DNA from: Malacoraja senta
Lineage: Eukaryota
Direction of reading: 5' to 3'
Length of the DNA: 64,000 nt
NCBI GenBank assembly: GCA_038087875.1
Contig: CM075987.1
Span: 21,638,001 to 21,702,000, forward strand
Notes under the pieces: model-generated
The model's input: the letters and a program-made list of their open reading frames with translations, nothing else
The model's database searches: none
What the model was told of the DNA's origin: nothing
Part shown: positions 23,740-36,072 of the stretch, one piece after another
Layout: every line of letters begins with the position of its first letter
How positions within the stretch are numbered: the first letter of the stretch is position 1
Made by a program: the position numbers and the translations under genes

Positions 23740-24320
23740 AACGGGACTCGCCGCACCGCTCTCAGCAAACTCCAGCTCCACCTCCGGGTTACCGGAGCCA
23801 GTCTGTCAATGGCCAGCCGCTTCCGGGGTCAGCTCGGTCCGTCTCTCCGTCAGGTCCCGGAGACAAAACCAACCATTCGTTGCCCTGTTGTTGGTGCTGG
23901 TGCAACAGCAGCTTCCGCGTCTCTGTCTTTAGTGACACCTCCAGTCCCTCTAATATCACGGCTAATTCTGTCATTTCTTCCGTTTCTGTGAGTGAAACGG
24001 GGAGTAAGATTTTACTTTATCGAAATATATTGCCGTTTTAGTTTCGTTTTTGAATAAATCCGAATACATCCACGTCAATGTATAATTTTACAAGACAAAT
24101 CGACTGTCCCTACGGTTGGAAGAAATAATTAATTTGGCAGCTATTGCACTTGTCGGACGTAATATTGACGGCACCGGTTTCCGGGCGGCGGAGAAATAGG
24201 AAGTCAACATGTCGACTCTGTACAAGAATAGGTGAGGAGCTGGGAATGGGTTCAGGTCCGGGGTCCCGTGAATGACGGGTCTTTTGGTCAATGGGGTCGG
24301 GGTTTGGTGGTTCTCTGCGA
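23740..24320. promoter_or_regulatory. CpG-rich bidirectional promoter shared by ZER1 and TBC1D13
   Basis: CpG-dense, head-to-head genes, ETS-like CCGGAA/GGAAGT and GC-box sequences at 24172-24204. Candidate ZER1 non-coding exon 1 donor (CCG/GTAACC, minus) at 23792. Confidence 0.75.
24209..24231 (+). CDS. TBC1D13: TBC1D13 exon 1 (MSTLYKNR)
   Basis: ATG plus 23 nt then gtgagg donor; matches MSSLHKSR N-terminus. Confidence 0.9.
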
Positions 24321-25865
24321 GCAGCTCTGAAAGACTGGATGAGGTGTGAAGGATTGTCCAGGGATGGAGGGATGTGACAAACTCTGGGCACCTGGATGTC
24401 CTCAGGCCAAACCCTGTTTAGGACAACTGTGCTTTCTTTCAGCAGAGCTAATAGCTGGAACCAACGTAATTGCTTATCTCCACCTCCGTACCTCCGACAG
24501 GTGTCTGAAGCCATTGGGATCCCCACACCCCACCCCACCTCTCTCTCTCTCCCTCTCCCTCTCCCTCCCCCCCCCCCCTCCTCTCTGCCCCAGGGCATAT
24601 TTTTAAATATATAGTTGGGACATCTTGGAAGAAATTGATGATGTCTGGTATTGTGGAACTTAAAACGTTGGCCTTCTGTCACCTAAAATCATTTAAAGTG
24701 TTTGCCTCTACTACAGATGCTGACTATTTTGATTTTTAGATTTCCAGCTTGTGGATATTTTGCATTGACTTTGGTTTGCAGCTGATCCGCTTTTTCAATT
24801 GTTTGGACATTTGTAAATGTGATATGGGATAGACATGGGATGCTGAAATGGCTGACTTTCAATACAGCATATGAAATGTTTTAAAAAGAAAAAAATGCAC
24901 ACAGTCCTACTGCTCCATGCTGGTGCTTATGTTTCATGCAGACCATATCTCGCTTGCTAATTGGTATAACATTGTACTCATTCCTTCCTCGTATTTGTGT
25001 TTATCTAGCCATCCTTTAATGCATCTCTGCTACTCAGTGCTACTTATATTATGGACTTTGTTCAATTTGTTTTGGTTAACTATTTATTGACTATTGCTTA
25101 AAAGTCTCTAGATTTGCACTCTTCACAATTTGTAACATCTTCATACTCTTGTACCCTTTCACAATCTTAAAGACCTCTTAGGGCTGCAATGAGAAAGATT
25201 GGGAATTCATTCTGAGTATACAAGAAGTCTGTTAAGAATCTGATAGTGGCTGTTCTTGAATCTGGTTACACATGCTTTCAAGCTTTTGTATCTTTAGCCC
25301 AAGGGGAGAAGAGAGAATGACAGGGATGTAAGTGGTTCTTGATTATGATAGCTGCTTTCTTGAGGCCTGAGGCAGTGCGAAGTATAGATAGAGTTTGGGG
25401 GGGGACGAGGGTGTAGGCTGCTTTGTGTGATGGACTGAACTACGTTCACAATTCTACAATTTTTTTCAGTCTTGGGCAAAGCAATTGCCACACCAAAGCA
25501 ATTGCCACATCCAGATAGGATGTTTTTTAGGATACATAATTAGAAATTGGTAAGAGTCACTGGAGACATGCTGAATTTCTTTAGTCTTCTGAGGCATTGA
25601 TGCGCTTTCTTGGATGTAGCTTTAGTGTGGTTGTACCAGGGCAAATTGTTGGTGATATTGCCACCTACTAACTTGAGACTTTCTTATCTCCATTCAGATA
25701 CAGACTGGGGTGTTCACTCCACCCCACTTGCTGAAGTTGATGACCAACTCTTTTGTTTTGCTAGCATTGAGGGAGAGGCTGTTGTTTTGACACCATGCTA
25801 CTCAGCTTGCTATTTCCTTCCTGTAGTCCATAATAAAAATAATTTTGGAGTCAAGGTAGAGTCTT

Positions 25866-27101
25866 GTATTGTATTGTATATCTTTATTGTCATTTCCTGA
25901 GTATTCACATACACAGAGGAAACAAAAAAACGTTCCTCAACCAGTGTCCATTTCAGTGTGCAGTAAAAAATAAATAGAAGTAAAAATACGTATATCATGA
26001 ACAAATTAACACTCTACTCTCTACTAAACATCAACAGGCGTTCTGATCGGCAGTGGCACGACAGTGGCTCTGCTGCAGTGTGTCCAGGTTGGTGGTTGGT
26101 GCACGATACTTTGGCAGGGGGCAAAGTCCGTTTATCAGTCTTATAACCTGCGGGAAGAAGCTGAGGAGCATCCTGCTGGTTTTGCACCTAATGCTCCTGT
26201 ACCTCTTCCCAGATGGCAGGATGGAGAATATGTGATGCGATGGGTGGTAGGGGTCTTTGATGATGGAGATGGCTCTGCTGATACATCTCTTCCTGTATAT
26301 GTCCAGCAGGAAAGGGAGTGGAGCACCAATAATCCTGCTGGCGGTCTTCACAATCCTGTCTAGTTGGTGCCGTTCGTACGCCTTGCAGCTCCCGAACCAG
26401 GAAGTGATGCCGTAGGTTAATGTGCTCTCGATTGTCCCCCTGTAAAAAGTTCGTAGGTGTGTAGTGGGGAGACCTGCTTTACGTAGTCTTCGGAGAGGGT
26501 GTAGTCGCTGCTGGGCTCTCTTGACCAGTGCTGTGGTGTTGGTCGTGGACGTCAGGTCATCTGACAGGTGGAGTCCTAGGAACTTCACGCTGTTGACCCT
26601 TTCCACATCAGCTCCATCGATGTGCAGAGGTGTATGGTGTTGTTTTCCCGCCCTCCTGAAGTCAACCACCATCTCCTTGGTTTTTCCCACGTTGAGAATG
26701 AGGTTGTGGGATTTGCACCATCCTGTGAGCAGCTCCACCTCCATCCTGTACGCCGACTCATCATTGTCACTGATGAGACCCACCACTGTTGTGTCATCAG
26801 CGAACTTGTTGATGAAGTTGTTGTTGAGTCTAGCAGTACAGTCGTGTGTTAGCAGACTAAACAGCAGGGGGCTTAGGACACAGCCTTGGGGCGAGCCAGT
26901 GCTCACGGCTATGGTTTTTGATGTCCTACTGCCCACCCTGACTGTCTGCTGCCGTTGCGATAGAAAGTTCAGGACCCAGTTACATGTGCCAGCATCAACC
27001 CGCAATAGCTCCAACTTCTCCACCAGCTGCTGCGGAATGATTGTATTAAAAGCAGAGCTGAAGTCTATGAAGAGGATCCTGGCATAAGTATTTTTCCGGT
27101 C
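25866..27101 (-). mobile_element. Rex1/Babar LINE, 5'-truncated, open RT-coding frame
   Basis: Uninterrupted ~350 codons with [31 protein letters not shown]; 3' AATAAA plus (CAATA)n tail. Older Rex1-like debris flanks it (~25220-25830, ~27200-28100). Confidence 0.9.
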
Positions 27102-29459
27102 TTACTTGCACAACAGATCACTAAACATAGTACTTAATAGACACCATAATAAAGAACGAAAAGATGTTGAGGAAAAATTGATGTAGTGCAAAGACAAAAA
27201 CATTGCCCCCCAAGTCCCTCGTGCAACCAAGGCAGTTTGTAGTTCGGGATTTGGTTGGAGTTTGTCATGTTCAAAACTATGCTGTTGGGAAGAGGCTACT
27301 CCTGGAGATTTCCGTTTTCCGGCTTCTTCCTGATGGCAGGAGTGAAATGAGGACGTGGCCAGGGTGGTGTGGTTTCTTAATGATGCTGGCTGCATTTTGA
27401 GGTAATGCCTCCTGTTGATACCTTAGATGGTGGGGAGGTCAGTACCCAAGATGGACTGGGCAGTGTTTACCATTTTTTTGCAATCTCCTTCATTCCTGGA
27501 CTTCGAGTTGCCGAACCAGGCTGTGTTGTATTCAATATGCTCTCTACCGTACACCTGTAAAAGTTTAAGAGAATATTCGTTGACATACTGACTCTCCTCA
27601 ATCTTTTAAGGAAGTAGAGGCATTGGTAGGCTTTATGATTGAATCAATGTGCTGCATCTAGGATAGATCATCAGAGATATGCGTGCCCAGGAACTTGAAG
27701 CTGTTGGCTCTCTCCACTGCTGACCCATTGATAAAGACAGATTTGTGGATCCTCAGCCTTCCTCTTCTAAAGTCAACAATCAGTTCCTTGGCTTTGCCGA
27801 CTTTGAGAGTAAGGTTGTTCTGGCACCATTCAGTCAGACAATCGATCTCCCTCCTATACTCTGATTCATCATAATCCGTCCAATGACAGTGGAGTTGGAA
27901 CTGTGTCTGCCTGCACATTCATGGGTATAGAGCAGGGGGGTGAGCACACAGCCTGAGATGCTCCTTCCTCTTCCTGTTATCGAGGAGGAAGTGTTGCTGC
28001 CAATTCATACCGATTGTGTTTTGTTGATGAGGAAGTCGAGGATCCAGTTACAAAGGGATGAACTGATAGTCAGTTCCCTGAGCTTGGTGACAAGTTTGGA
28101 AGGGAATTACTGCAAAATTAATAACCTAGTACCCTTTAGACTTCGGTGCCAGACTGGCTGATTTTCTGGAATATTGTATATTACCCTTATTAGTTCTCTG
28201 GTGCACTTTAAATTGTCTTGTTATAGATGTTATACAGTAGTATAATAAATAATTAGTATAAAAGTATCATTTTGTTTCTAGTAAACTTGATGAGTTAAAA
28301 GTATTGAAAACAGAACCTATTTGAATCAGATGTTGAATCATCGGGATTTCCAAACAATCGCAGGGTAGATTATTGGTGTTTTATCGTAATTATCTTAAAC
28401 TAAAAACAAACACTACATTTTATACGTAACCATTAAATTTATAAAATACGAAAACATGGGTCTTGCAGTTGTGTCTCTTTCTTAATTATGTGTCAATTTA
28501 GATTTGTCAAGATTTTATATAACCCCTATCGCTTTTGAATATAATCCATTTTATTAATATCTTTCTCCACTAGAAAACTTTCAATCTTGGTTTTATATTT
28601 TCCAATTGAGCTGCCCTCCACATCTTCATGTGCTTATTGCGACACACTTTAACACCAGGCCAGGAGTGATGTTAGGAAACATAACCAAATGTTTCGACAG
28701 AGGTTTTATGAGGCAATATAGAGAAAACTGGAAAGCTAGATGAGTTTTAGGAGTTTGCAACCCAGGAAGACAAGGACAGCTGTCAGTGGAGAAATTTTTT
28801 TTTTTTAAATGGGGTGGCATAGTGTTGGAGTTGCTGCCTTACATCACCAGATACCTGGTTCCAATCCTGACTATGGGTGCTGTCTGCACAGAGTTTGCAT
28901 GTTTGCCCTGTGACTGTGGGTTTCCTCTGGGTACTCTGGTTTCCTACCACACTCCAAAGACGTACAACTTTGTAGGTTCATTGATTTTGGTTAAATTGTA
29001 AATTGCCTCTAGTGTGTGGGCTAGTGTACGGGGTGATCGCGGGTTGATGCGGACTTGGTGGACCGAAGGGCCTGTTTCCACGTTGTATCTCTAAAGTCTA
29101 AAAGTCTAAAAATAGGGACGAGCAAGAGACCAGCTCCGAGATCTCAGGGAAGTGCAGGGCTTGCAATTGCCGTGAAAGAAAGGCTCAAAAACATATTTGG
29201 GAAATATGTTACAATCGAGTTTGCCAAATGTCTGTGAGAACCTGAATGATGGGTGAAGCGACTTCTATTTTAGAAATAATATTTTGTGCATTAGGTTGTG
29301 GTTCACATTTTACTCCTTTTTAGGTGATGTTAAAATTAAAATGTAGGTTTAGGTTTATTCTATGTACACCAAAGTTCAGTGAAAAGCTCTAGAAGGGCCA
29401 TTCAGAAGCACGATAAGAGTGAAGACCAGCTCGACCCTTACTTCCCCCCCCCCCTTGTT

Positions 29460-30340
29460 GCAACAGACCCCCTAGTCCTTACCTTTCAACCCATCAGCTG
29501 TCGCACGCAACACAATCCTCCCAAATTTTCGCCACCTCCAACGGGATCCCAACACTAGTCATATCTTCCCATCTCCACCCCTTTCCGCCTTCCGCAGAGA
29601 CTGTTCCCTCTGCAACTCCCTGATTAACTCGTCCCTTCCCACCCAAACCACCCCTCCGCAGGTACCTTCCGCTGCAACTGCAAAAGATGCAACACCTGTC
29701 GCTATACCTCCTCTCTCGACTCTGTCCAGAGACCCTGACAGTCCTTTCAGGTTAGGCTGAGGTTCACCAGCACCTCCTCCAACCTCATCTACTGTATCTA
29801 TTGTTCAAGATGTAGACTCTTATACATCGGCAAGATCAAACATAGTCTGGGCGATCGTTTCGCTGAACACCTTCGCTCATTCCCCCTGAACCTACCTGAT
29901 CTCCCGGTTGCTGGACACTTTAATTCTCCTTCCCATTCCCACACAGACCTTTCTGTCCTAGGTCTCCTCCATTGTCAGAGTGAGGCTAAATGCAAATTGG
30001 AGGAACAACATCTCATAATTTGATTGGGCAGCTTATAGCCCAGTGGTATGAATATTGATTTCTCTAACTACATGTAATCCCGGCATTCCCTCTCTATCCC
30101 TCGTTGCACTAACTTCTTGTTTTCACCCAGCAAACAGCTTACAATGGCCTGTTTCCTTTATCATCGTTACTTTTTTGCATATCTTTCATTCATTGTTCTT
30201 TATCTCTCTACATCGTCCATATCTCTCGTTTCCCTTATCCCTAACCAGTCTGACGAAGGGTCTCAACCCAAAATGTCACCCTTCTCCCCTCTCCAGAGAT
30301 GCTGCCTGTCCCGCTGAGTAACTCCAGCTTTTTCTGTCTA
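29460..30340 (+). mobile_element. Penelope-like retroelement 3' fragment (GIY-YIG endonuclease) with terminal repeat
   Basis: PLVLTF linker, CxxxRCNTC motif, FTSTSSNLIYCIYCSRCRLLYIG...RFAEH; ends in the CTGACGAAGGG...CCCAAAATGTC terminal motif. Confidence 0.85.
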
Positions 30341-30622
30341 TAAGAGTGGAAGAAATCTGTAATACCTGCTGAATGTCAATGGAAAATACATTTGATCGCC
30401 CAGATGTTAGTGGACATAAATTTCAATTAGAATCATGCTGCAGACCATGCTCTTATTGTTTAAGAAGGAACTGCAGATGCTGGAAAATCGAAGGTAGACA
30501 AAAATGCCAGAGAAACTCAGCGGGTGAAGCAGCATCTATGGAGCGAAGGAAATAGGCGACGTTTCGTTATTGTTGATGTTTTAAAGGACCTATACCTATG
30601 GACTGTAATTTTCTGTTGTTAG

Positions 30623-30696
30623 GATTGAAGAATTCAGGATCGCTTTGAATGAACCAAAGATCAGCCTCATCAAACTGCGGGAACTCTGCTTCAGTG
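30623..30696 (+). CDS. TBC1D13: TBC1D13 exon 2 (IEEFRIALNEPKISLIKLRELCFS)
   Basis: 74 nt, AG/GT bounded. Confidence 0.93.
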
Positions 30697-31609
30697 GTAA
30701 GGTGCATCCTTTCAATATCAGATTCTGGAGAATGGGTGGCAAGATGCCTGTGAACATTTGAATCAGTCCTTAATTGAGGGCTGTTTGATGCAGCGAGTTG
30801 CTGATTTATGCTCCTTTACAGAAGTATTTTGTCTCTCAAAAATTCAACAAAATCCAAAATCTGATCTCTCTATCCCTGTGATTAATAAATTGTAATGTTT
30901 TAAGATTGTGCTCTTACAGATTCATGTGACGGAATATATGTATTACTTGCAACAATCTGCTTTCAATTTAATATAATCTCAAAATTAACCTAAAATATTG
31001 GTTTATCCACAATTAGTAATATGCTGTAGCGTAATATCAAAAAAAGTTCATAATGGGTTGAAAGTACTGCAGATAGAAAAGCAAATATGATGACACTGGA
31101 CTGCAGATGTTGGAATCTTGAGCAAAACACAACACTGGAGGAACTCAGCAGGTCAGAAAGCATCTGTGGAGAAAATGGATAGAGAATATTTCGGGGTGGG
31201 ACACTTCCGTCTGAAGAATGGGTCCCAACCTGAAATGTATTATGTCCATTTACTCCACAGGTGTTGCCTGGCCTGCTGAGGTCCTAAAGCCAATGTAATC
31301 CTTATGTCCCACTTTGTTATTCTAGTGCATTATTCAGTATCCGTTTAGATTGTATCCTGGTGTGTGGCTGAGTGGTAGAATCTATGGGATGTTGATGAGA
31401 ATGTGAGGACAATATTTTTTTTAAAGGGATTAATGTAGGTTTAGTGTAAATAAATGGTTGATGGTTGGCATTGACTAGGTGGGTAGAAGGGCCTATTTCC
31501 ATGCTCTATCTCTGTACGACTCCATAATTGTGAGCGTGATGTACCTTTTCTCTTTTATATTTCACAATGGTCTTTAACCAAGTCTGAGCTTTTTACCTGC
31601 TTCTCACAG

Positions 31610-31650
31610 GAATTCCATTTGAAGGAGGACTGCGTTCGCTTTGCTGGAAG
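31610..31650 (+). CDS. TBC1D13: TBC1D13 exon 3 (GIPFEGGLRSLCWK)
   Basis: 41 nt, AG/GT bounded. Confidence 0.94.
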
Positions 31651-32082
31651 GTAAGTTTTCATTTGAGATCATTAGGGTTGCCAGCATTGGAAGATTTCCT
31701 TACATTTTTATCACATGGCCTCCTGTGCCCATTTGCTGTGCCTGGTCTTTTATTATTTCCCACATTTTTAATAGCCGGTAAACAAAGGTGTTCAGAGAAA
31801 TAAAACAATTTTCTTTCAATTTTTGTTTTCAAGTTTACTCACAGCACTGTCCAGAAAATGTCATTACTGTAGATTCCAACAACATATAGGAAGTTTGGGA
31901 TTTCCAGCTAAATTGTGTAATTGCTCTCAAACCATTTGTGTGTGCTGAGGTCATGAAAGGGGAATGTGAAACTGATTCTTCAAGGGAATTGGTCTGTCAG
32001 AATCCACCTTATAGAAACCATTAGATTAGAAAATGCTCCTAGGCTGTGGGCCGAGCATCAAAAATGTGTCTAGGAGTCAACT

Positions 32083-33422
32083 TTCGTGACCCATGTCTCG
32101 GAACTACATGATATTTTGCACAGATTTAGATAAAATGTAATTGAGAAGGAAGTCATAACTCGTCAGTGCCAAAAGTTGCACATTAATTAATTAAACTAAT
32201 TAGAAAATGAGATCGAAAAAGTAAGCGCCGTCTGGTGCCCAATGCCCATATTACACCATGGGGAGCCTATTTCCATATTGCAGTCTCTTTAAACCATATG
32301 TGGTTTGTGAATATGACTGTAATCATATATAATTATTATATAAAAATAATATAATGAATATAATTGTGAGGTTTTTTTGAATGAGACTGCTGCTGAGGTC
32401 CTCTTGAACCAGCCTAATTAATGGGTGAGTGCAGTCCCTGTGGGTTCCCCCGTTTACTGAACCCCACTGACTGCCAGTGTGCAAAATGGGGGTCACGGCC
32501 ATAGTGGGACTGGGGCAGTGCCAGGCTGGGGGAAGGCTAAGGCAGGAAAATGCCTAACCATAACTCGCCCCCCCCTTCCAGAGCTGCCCAAGGCTGGAGC
32601 CGCTTTGGGACCGGCTGCGGGCTCCGTACGTGTGGCCCCGCAGCGCGTCCACCTTGGCCAACATGCCCTTCTGGATCATCGTGGTGATGATAGTGGGGAG
32701 CAGCACTGCCCTGCACGCCGCCCAGGCTGCCTTCAGCACCCCCATAGCACCGGCTCCGCCAGACCGCCCGCTCACTTGCTGCAACACCGACAGCCTGACC
32801 GACCCCTCACCGCACCCACCGGAGGCCTGGCCAGATGCTCACCAACCCGGCGGAGGCCCGGCCCGACGCTCACCAACCCGGCGGAGGCCCGGCCCGACGC
32901 TCACCAACTCGGCGGTAGACGGCCCAACTCTCACCACCCACCGGCGACCTGACAGCCTGATCGATCCTCCACAGCATCCATCGGCCTACCAACAAGCCCG
33001 ACTGATTGACCGACCGACTGACTGACCCTAACCCTAACCCTAGCTGTACATTTGTTATTTATCATTTTAATTTAACAGTTCACATAATAACTTTATAAAG
33101 ATAAATCAATTGAGAAACAAAATGATCAGCAAGGTGAACATTACCTTTATTCCTTGGAAACCTTGTTATTGTTTTGATGTAATGAGGAGGCAGCCATGAT
33201 ATCAGGGTCCTCGTTGCCTAGCGACCATAAAACAAAGCGCGGGGATTGGTCAATTTGCGTCCGACCTCAATGTCAAACGTGCATTGATTGGGCAATTACT
33301 ACTCAGAAAATTTGAGGTTTTTCTCATATTTCTTAAAAATGTGCAGGTTTTGGTCTTGACGAGTTTCAGGTATGATTTATATATTATTTTTACACAATAT
33401 GTTCCGTGAGGTGGGTCACGAA
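32083..33422. mobile_element. Putative non-autonomous TIR DNA transposon
   Basis: Imperfect inverted ends TTCGTGACCCATGTCTCGGAAC / rc TTCGTGACCCACCTCACGGAAC, plus inner ACTCGTCAGTGCCAAAAGTTGCACA / rc ACTCGTCAAGACCAAAACCTGCACA; no TSD resolved. Confidence 0.55.
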
Positions 33423-33564
33423 CCTGAACGAAGTAAGTCTCGGTCTCAGTGTCTGCTGAAATATTTTTTTTAAATTACAACATTAATGTAAAGTAAACTA
33501 AATCATACATTTTTAAAAGGGTTTTGCATAGAAGCGTATTTGAAGATGAATATAATATATATAT

Positions 33565-34237
33565 ATATATATTACTAAAAGTCTCGTCTTGTTTCTATCT
33601 ATCTATGCGCGCGTATGTGATCTGGGGACCTACGCCAAAACAGTACACAGTGGCGCTAAGATTTTTGCACCACCTTACTCACCTTTGTCCCGTGGTCGTT
33701 CATATAAAGTTTTGTTCAGATTGATGTTATATTTCACAAGTTATTCATAATTTTTAGAAATTCAAGTTTAAGAAGAATTTAACAGCTTTTAGGATGCAAA
33801 TTCTTGCTGGCCCAGCTTACAACAAAGTTGCATACAAAGTTGCAATCGAGGAACAGTCAATCCTTCCAGCAAGCTTTTACCTGAACAGGTGGGGGGAGGG
33901 GGAATTGCATTCTTTTTTAAAAAGTCCTCGAAGCAGCCCCTGCACAGTTGGGGGCTATGGGTGAGTGGTGGATTATGGGGGAATGGATGAGTGGTGGAAT
34001 ATTGCATTGGTGAACGCGTCGCATTGGGGGGGACCAGGCCTCACGTGGGGGCTATGGGTGAATGGTGGAATATTGCCTTGGGTGGAATATTGCCTTGGGG
34101 AACGGGTTTGTGTTGGGGAACCAGGCCTCCCGTGGGGGGCTATGGGTGAGTGGTGGAATATTGCATTAGGGAACGGGTTGCGTTGGGGGACCAGGCCACC
34201 CTTGTGACAGGGACCCAACGGGTCCCACATGGTCTAG
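33565..34237 (+). mobile_element. Non-autonomous Helitron, unit 1
   Basis: 5' TATATTACTAAAA; 3' hairpin GGGACCC-AAC-GGGTCCC (34210-34226) then CTAG|T; subterminal GGGGGCTATGGGTGAGTGGTGGAATATTGC repeats. Confidence 0.8.
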
Positions 34238-35522
34238 TATATATTACTAAAACTCTCTATTTGTATGCGTGTGAGTGCGTGATGATTCAAAACTCCTGGG
34301 ATGGAAAAGGGACATTTTGTTCGGATTATTATAGTTTACAAGTTATTGACATTTTAAACTTCACAAAAGCTACTTTTTTACACTTTTCCACGTGCCCTGC
34401 CCGTCAGCCGTGTCACAAAGGGAACCCGAATCTTATTTACATTAAAAAATCACGATTTAAAATAATAATCAGTTTTAATCGAATTCTTCCATTTTCATTT
34501 AAAGAAAAACCGTGATTTTCATTGAGAATTCCATTTTTTTTTAAAATTTCGATTTTCATTGCGGGGGGAGCTTTCATTTAATAAAAAAGCCAGCGATTTT
34601 CATTGTGGGGGGATAGGATAGATGGGAGGTGAGGAGTGGGGGAGCAGGGCATAGAGGTAGAGGAGGGGGGTAGGGAGGATAGAGCGGTTTTAGAGGGAGG
34701 GAGGGCGTGATTGAGGGTATCCGCGTGTGCGGGTTTAAAATAACAAAGTCTCCCCGCGCGTGCGGGATTTGAAATGACCATGCGGTTGGGGCGAGGTCTG
34801 GGGGCGGCGGCGCTGCTCCTCTGGGCCCACAGGCCGAGCGGTCTGGAGCCGCGGGAGGGAGAGGCTGAGGCCTAGTCCTTGCCCCGGGTCCCGCTCCTGT
34901 CCCTCCCGCAGCTCCAAACCCGCCCGGCCCGTCCCCCCCCCGACAGCCCCCGCCTCAAATACAACTTAATCTCCTACGTGGTGGAGCAAACGGGGCCGGC
35001 GGTGATTTCATCGAGATCCTGGGGAGGTGAGGAGGGTGTCTGGGGGGGATTGAGGGAGAGGGAGGTGAATGTGGGGAGGTGAGTGGGGGAGGAGGGGGTA
35101 GGGAAGGGAGAGGGGTTATGGAGGGAGGGGGGAGGGGAGGAGAAGAGGGGAAAGAAGAGGGATGGTGAAGAGGATGGGGCGGGAGTGCATAGGGATGAGG
35201 GGGGATGGAGGAGGATAGGGGTAGGAAGAGGGATGGCGAGGTAATGGAGGAGGGGAGGGGGAAGAGAGATGGGGAGAGAGGGGGCGAGGGAAGGAAGCAG
35301 AGGAGGGTTGGTGGAGGGTGGAGAGAGGGAGGATAATGGAGGCGGGGAATAGTGGTCTGAAGAGGGAGAGTGAGATGTGTTCACATTGATCTTATATTTT
35401 ACAAGTTTTTGCCACTTTAAACTTTAAAAACGTCAGCCGCACCTGTCCAGTTGGGGGCTATGGGTGAGTGGTGGAATATTCCGTTGGGGGAACGGGACCC
35501 AATGGGTTCGCACTTGGTCTGG
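34238..35522 (+). mobile_element. Non-autonomous Helitron, unit 2, carrying an HTRA2-like exon fragment
   Basis: Starts TATATATTACTAAAA directly after the CTAG of unit 1; ends GGGACCC-AAT-GGGTTCG...CTGG|T. Confidence 0.75.
34780..35032 (+). pseudogene. Captured HTRA2-like exon 1 fragment with splice donor
   Basis: GLGAAALLLWA...PPPDSPRLKYNLISYVVEQTGPAV/FIEILG(R)|gtgagg versus recalled HTRA2 ALGAGGAVLLLLWG...[32 protein letters not shown]; one stop and one frameshift. Confidence 0.85.
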
Positions 35523-36010
35523 TATATTCCTAAAACCTACCTTTACAACTAAGGTTTTGATCATAGTACTTAATATCTTTTCTATTATGTGGATTGGGTA
35601 ATACACATATAAAGCTCCATAAATCAGTCTGCCATTATATGTTATATAAATGCATGTAGTTAGTCCAGAGTTCTTAATGATTATATAAGAGTTTGCTGAT
35701 GGGGACTGTTTACTCAGGGGAGAGACCAAACTAGGAGCCATAAAGATAACACTAACATCCAGATATCAATTAGAAATTCAGGGTAAATGTCCTGAACAAA
35801 ATAGTGGTAAAATTGCAGGACTCGGTGAATAATATAAGTAAGTTGAGAGTGTAAGAAATAAAAAGGAATATTGATGGTTATGTGAGGTAGTGCCATGGAT
35901 CAAAGGATTACAAGATTATTTCTGTGCTCTAAATGGTGTAAAAAAAATCACTCTTTCCTGGTTTGCCAGCTGTTTCTTAATCCATGATTATTTTTTTTGT
36001 CTCCTCTCAG

Positions 36011-36072
36011 ATTCTCCTCAATTATCTCCCCCTAGAACAGGCTCAGTGGAGCTCTTCCTTGAAGAAACAAAG
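36011..36072 (+). CDS. TBC1D13: TBC1D13 exon 4 (ILLNYLPLEQAQWSSSLKKQR)
   Basis: 62 nt, AG/GT bounded. Confidence 0.94.

Noticed and set aside
24110-24682. 190-aa minus-strand ORF across TBC1D13 exon 1
   Set aside because: GC-rich promoter/microsatellite sequence with no recognisable domain.
26464-27087. 207-aa plus-strand ORF
   Set aside because: Antisense shadow of the Rex1 RT frame.
33026-33042. Interstitial telomere or chromosome-fusion scar
   Set aside because: Only ~3 CCCTAA units embedded in a transposon-like segment.
33945-34195. Repeat-spacer-like array (GGGGGCTATGGGTGAGTGGTGGAATATTGC...)
   Set aside because: Vertebrate DNA with no cas genes; these are Helitron subterminal minisatellite units, not CRISPR.
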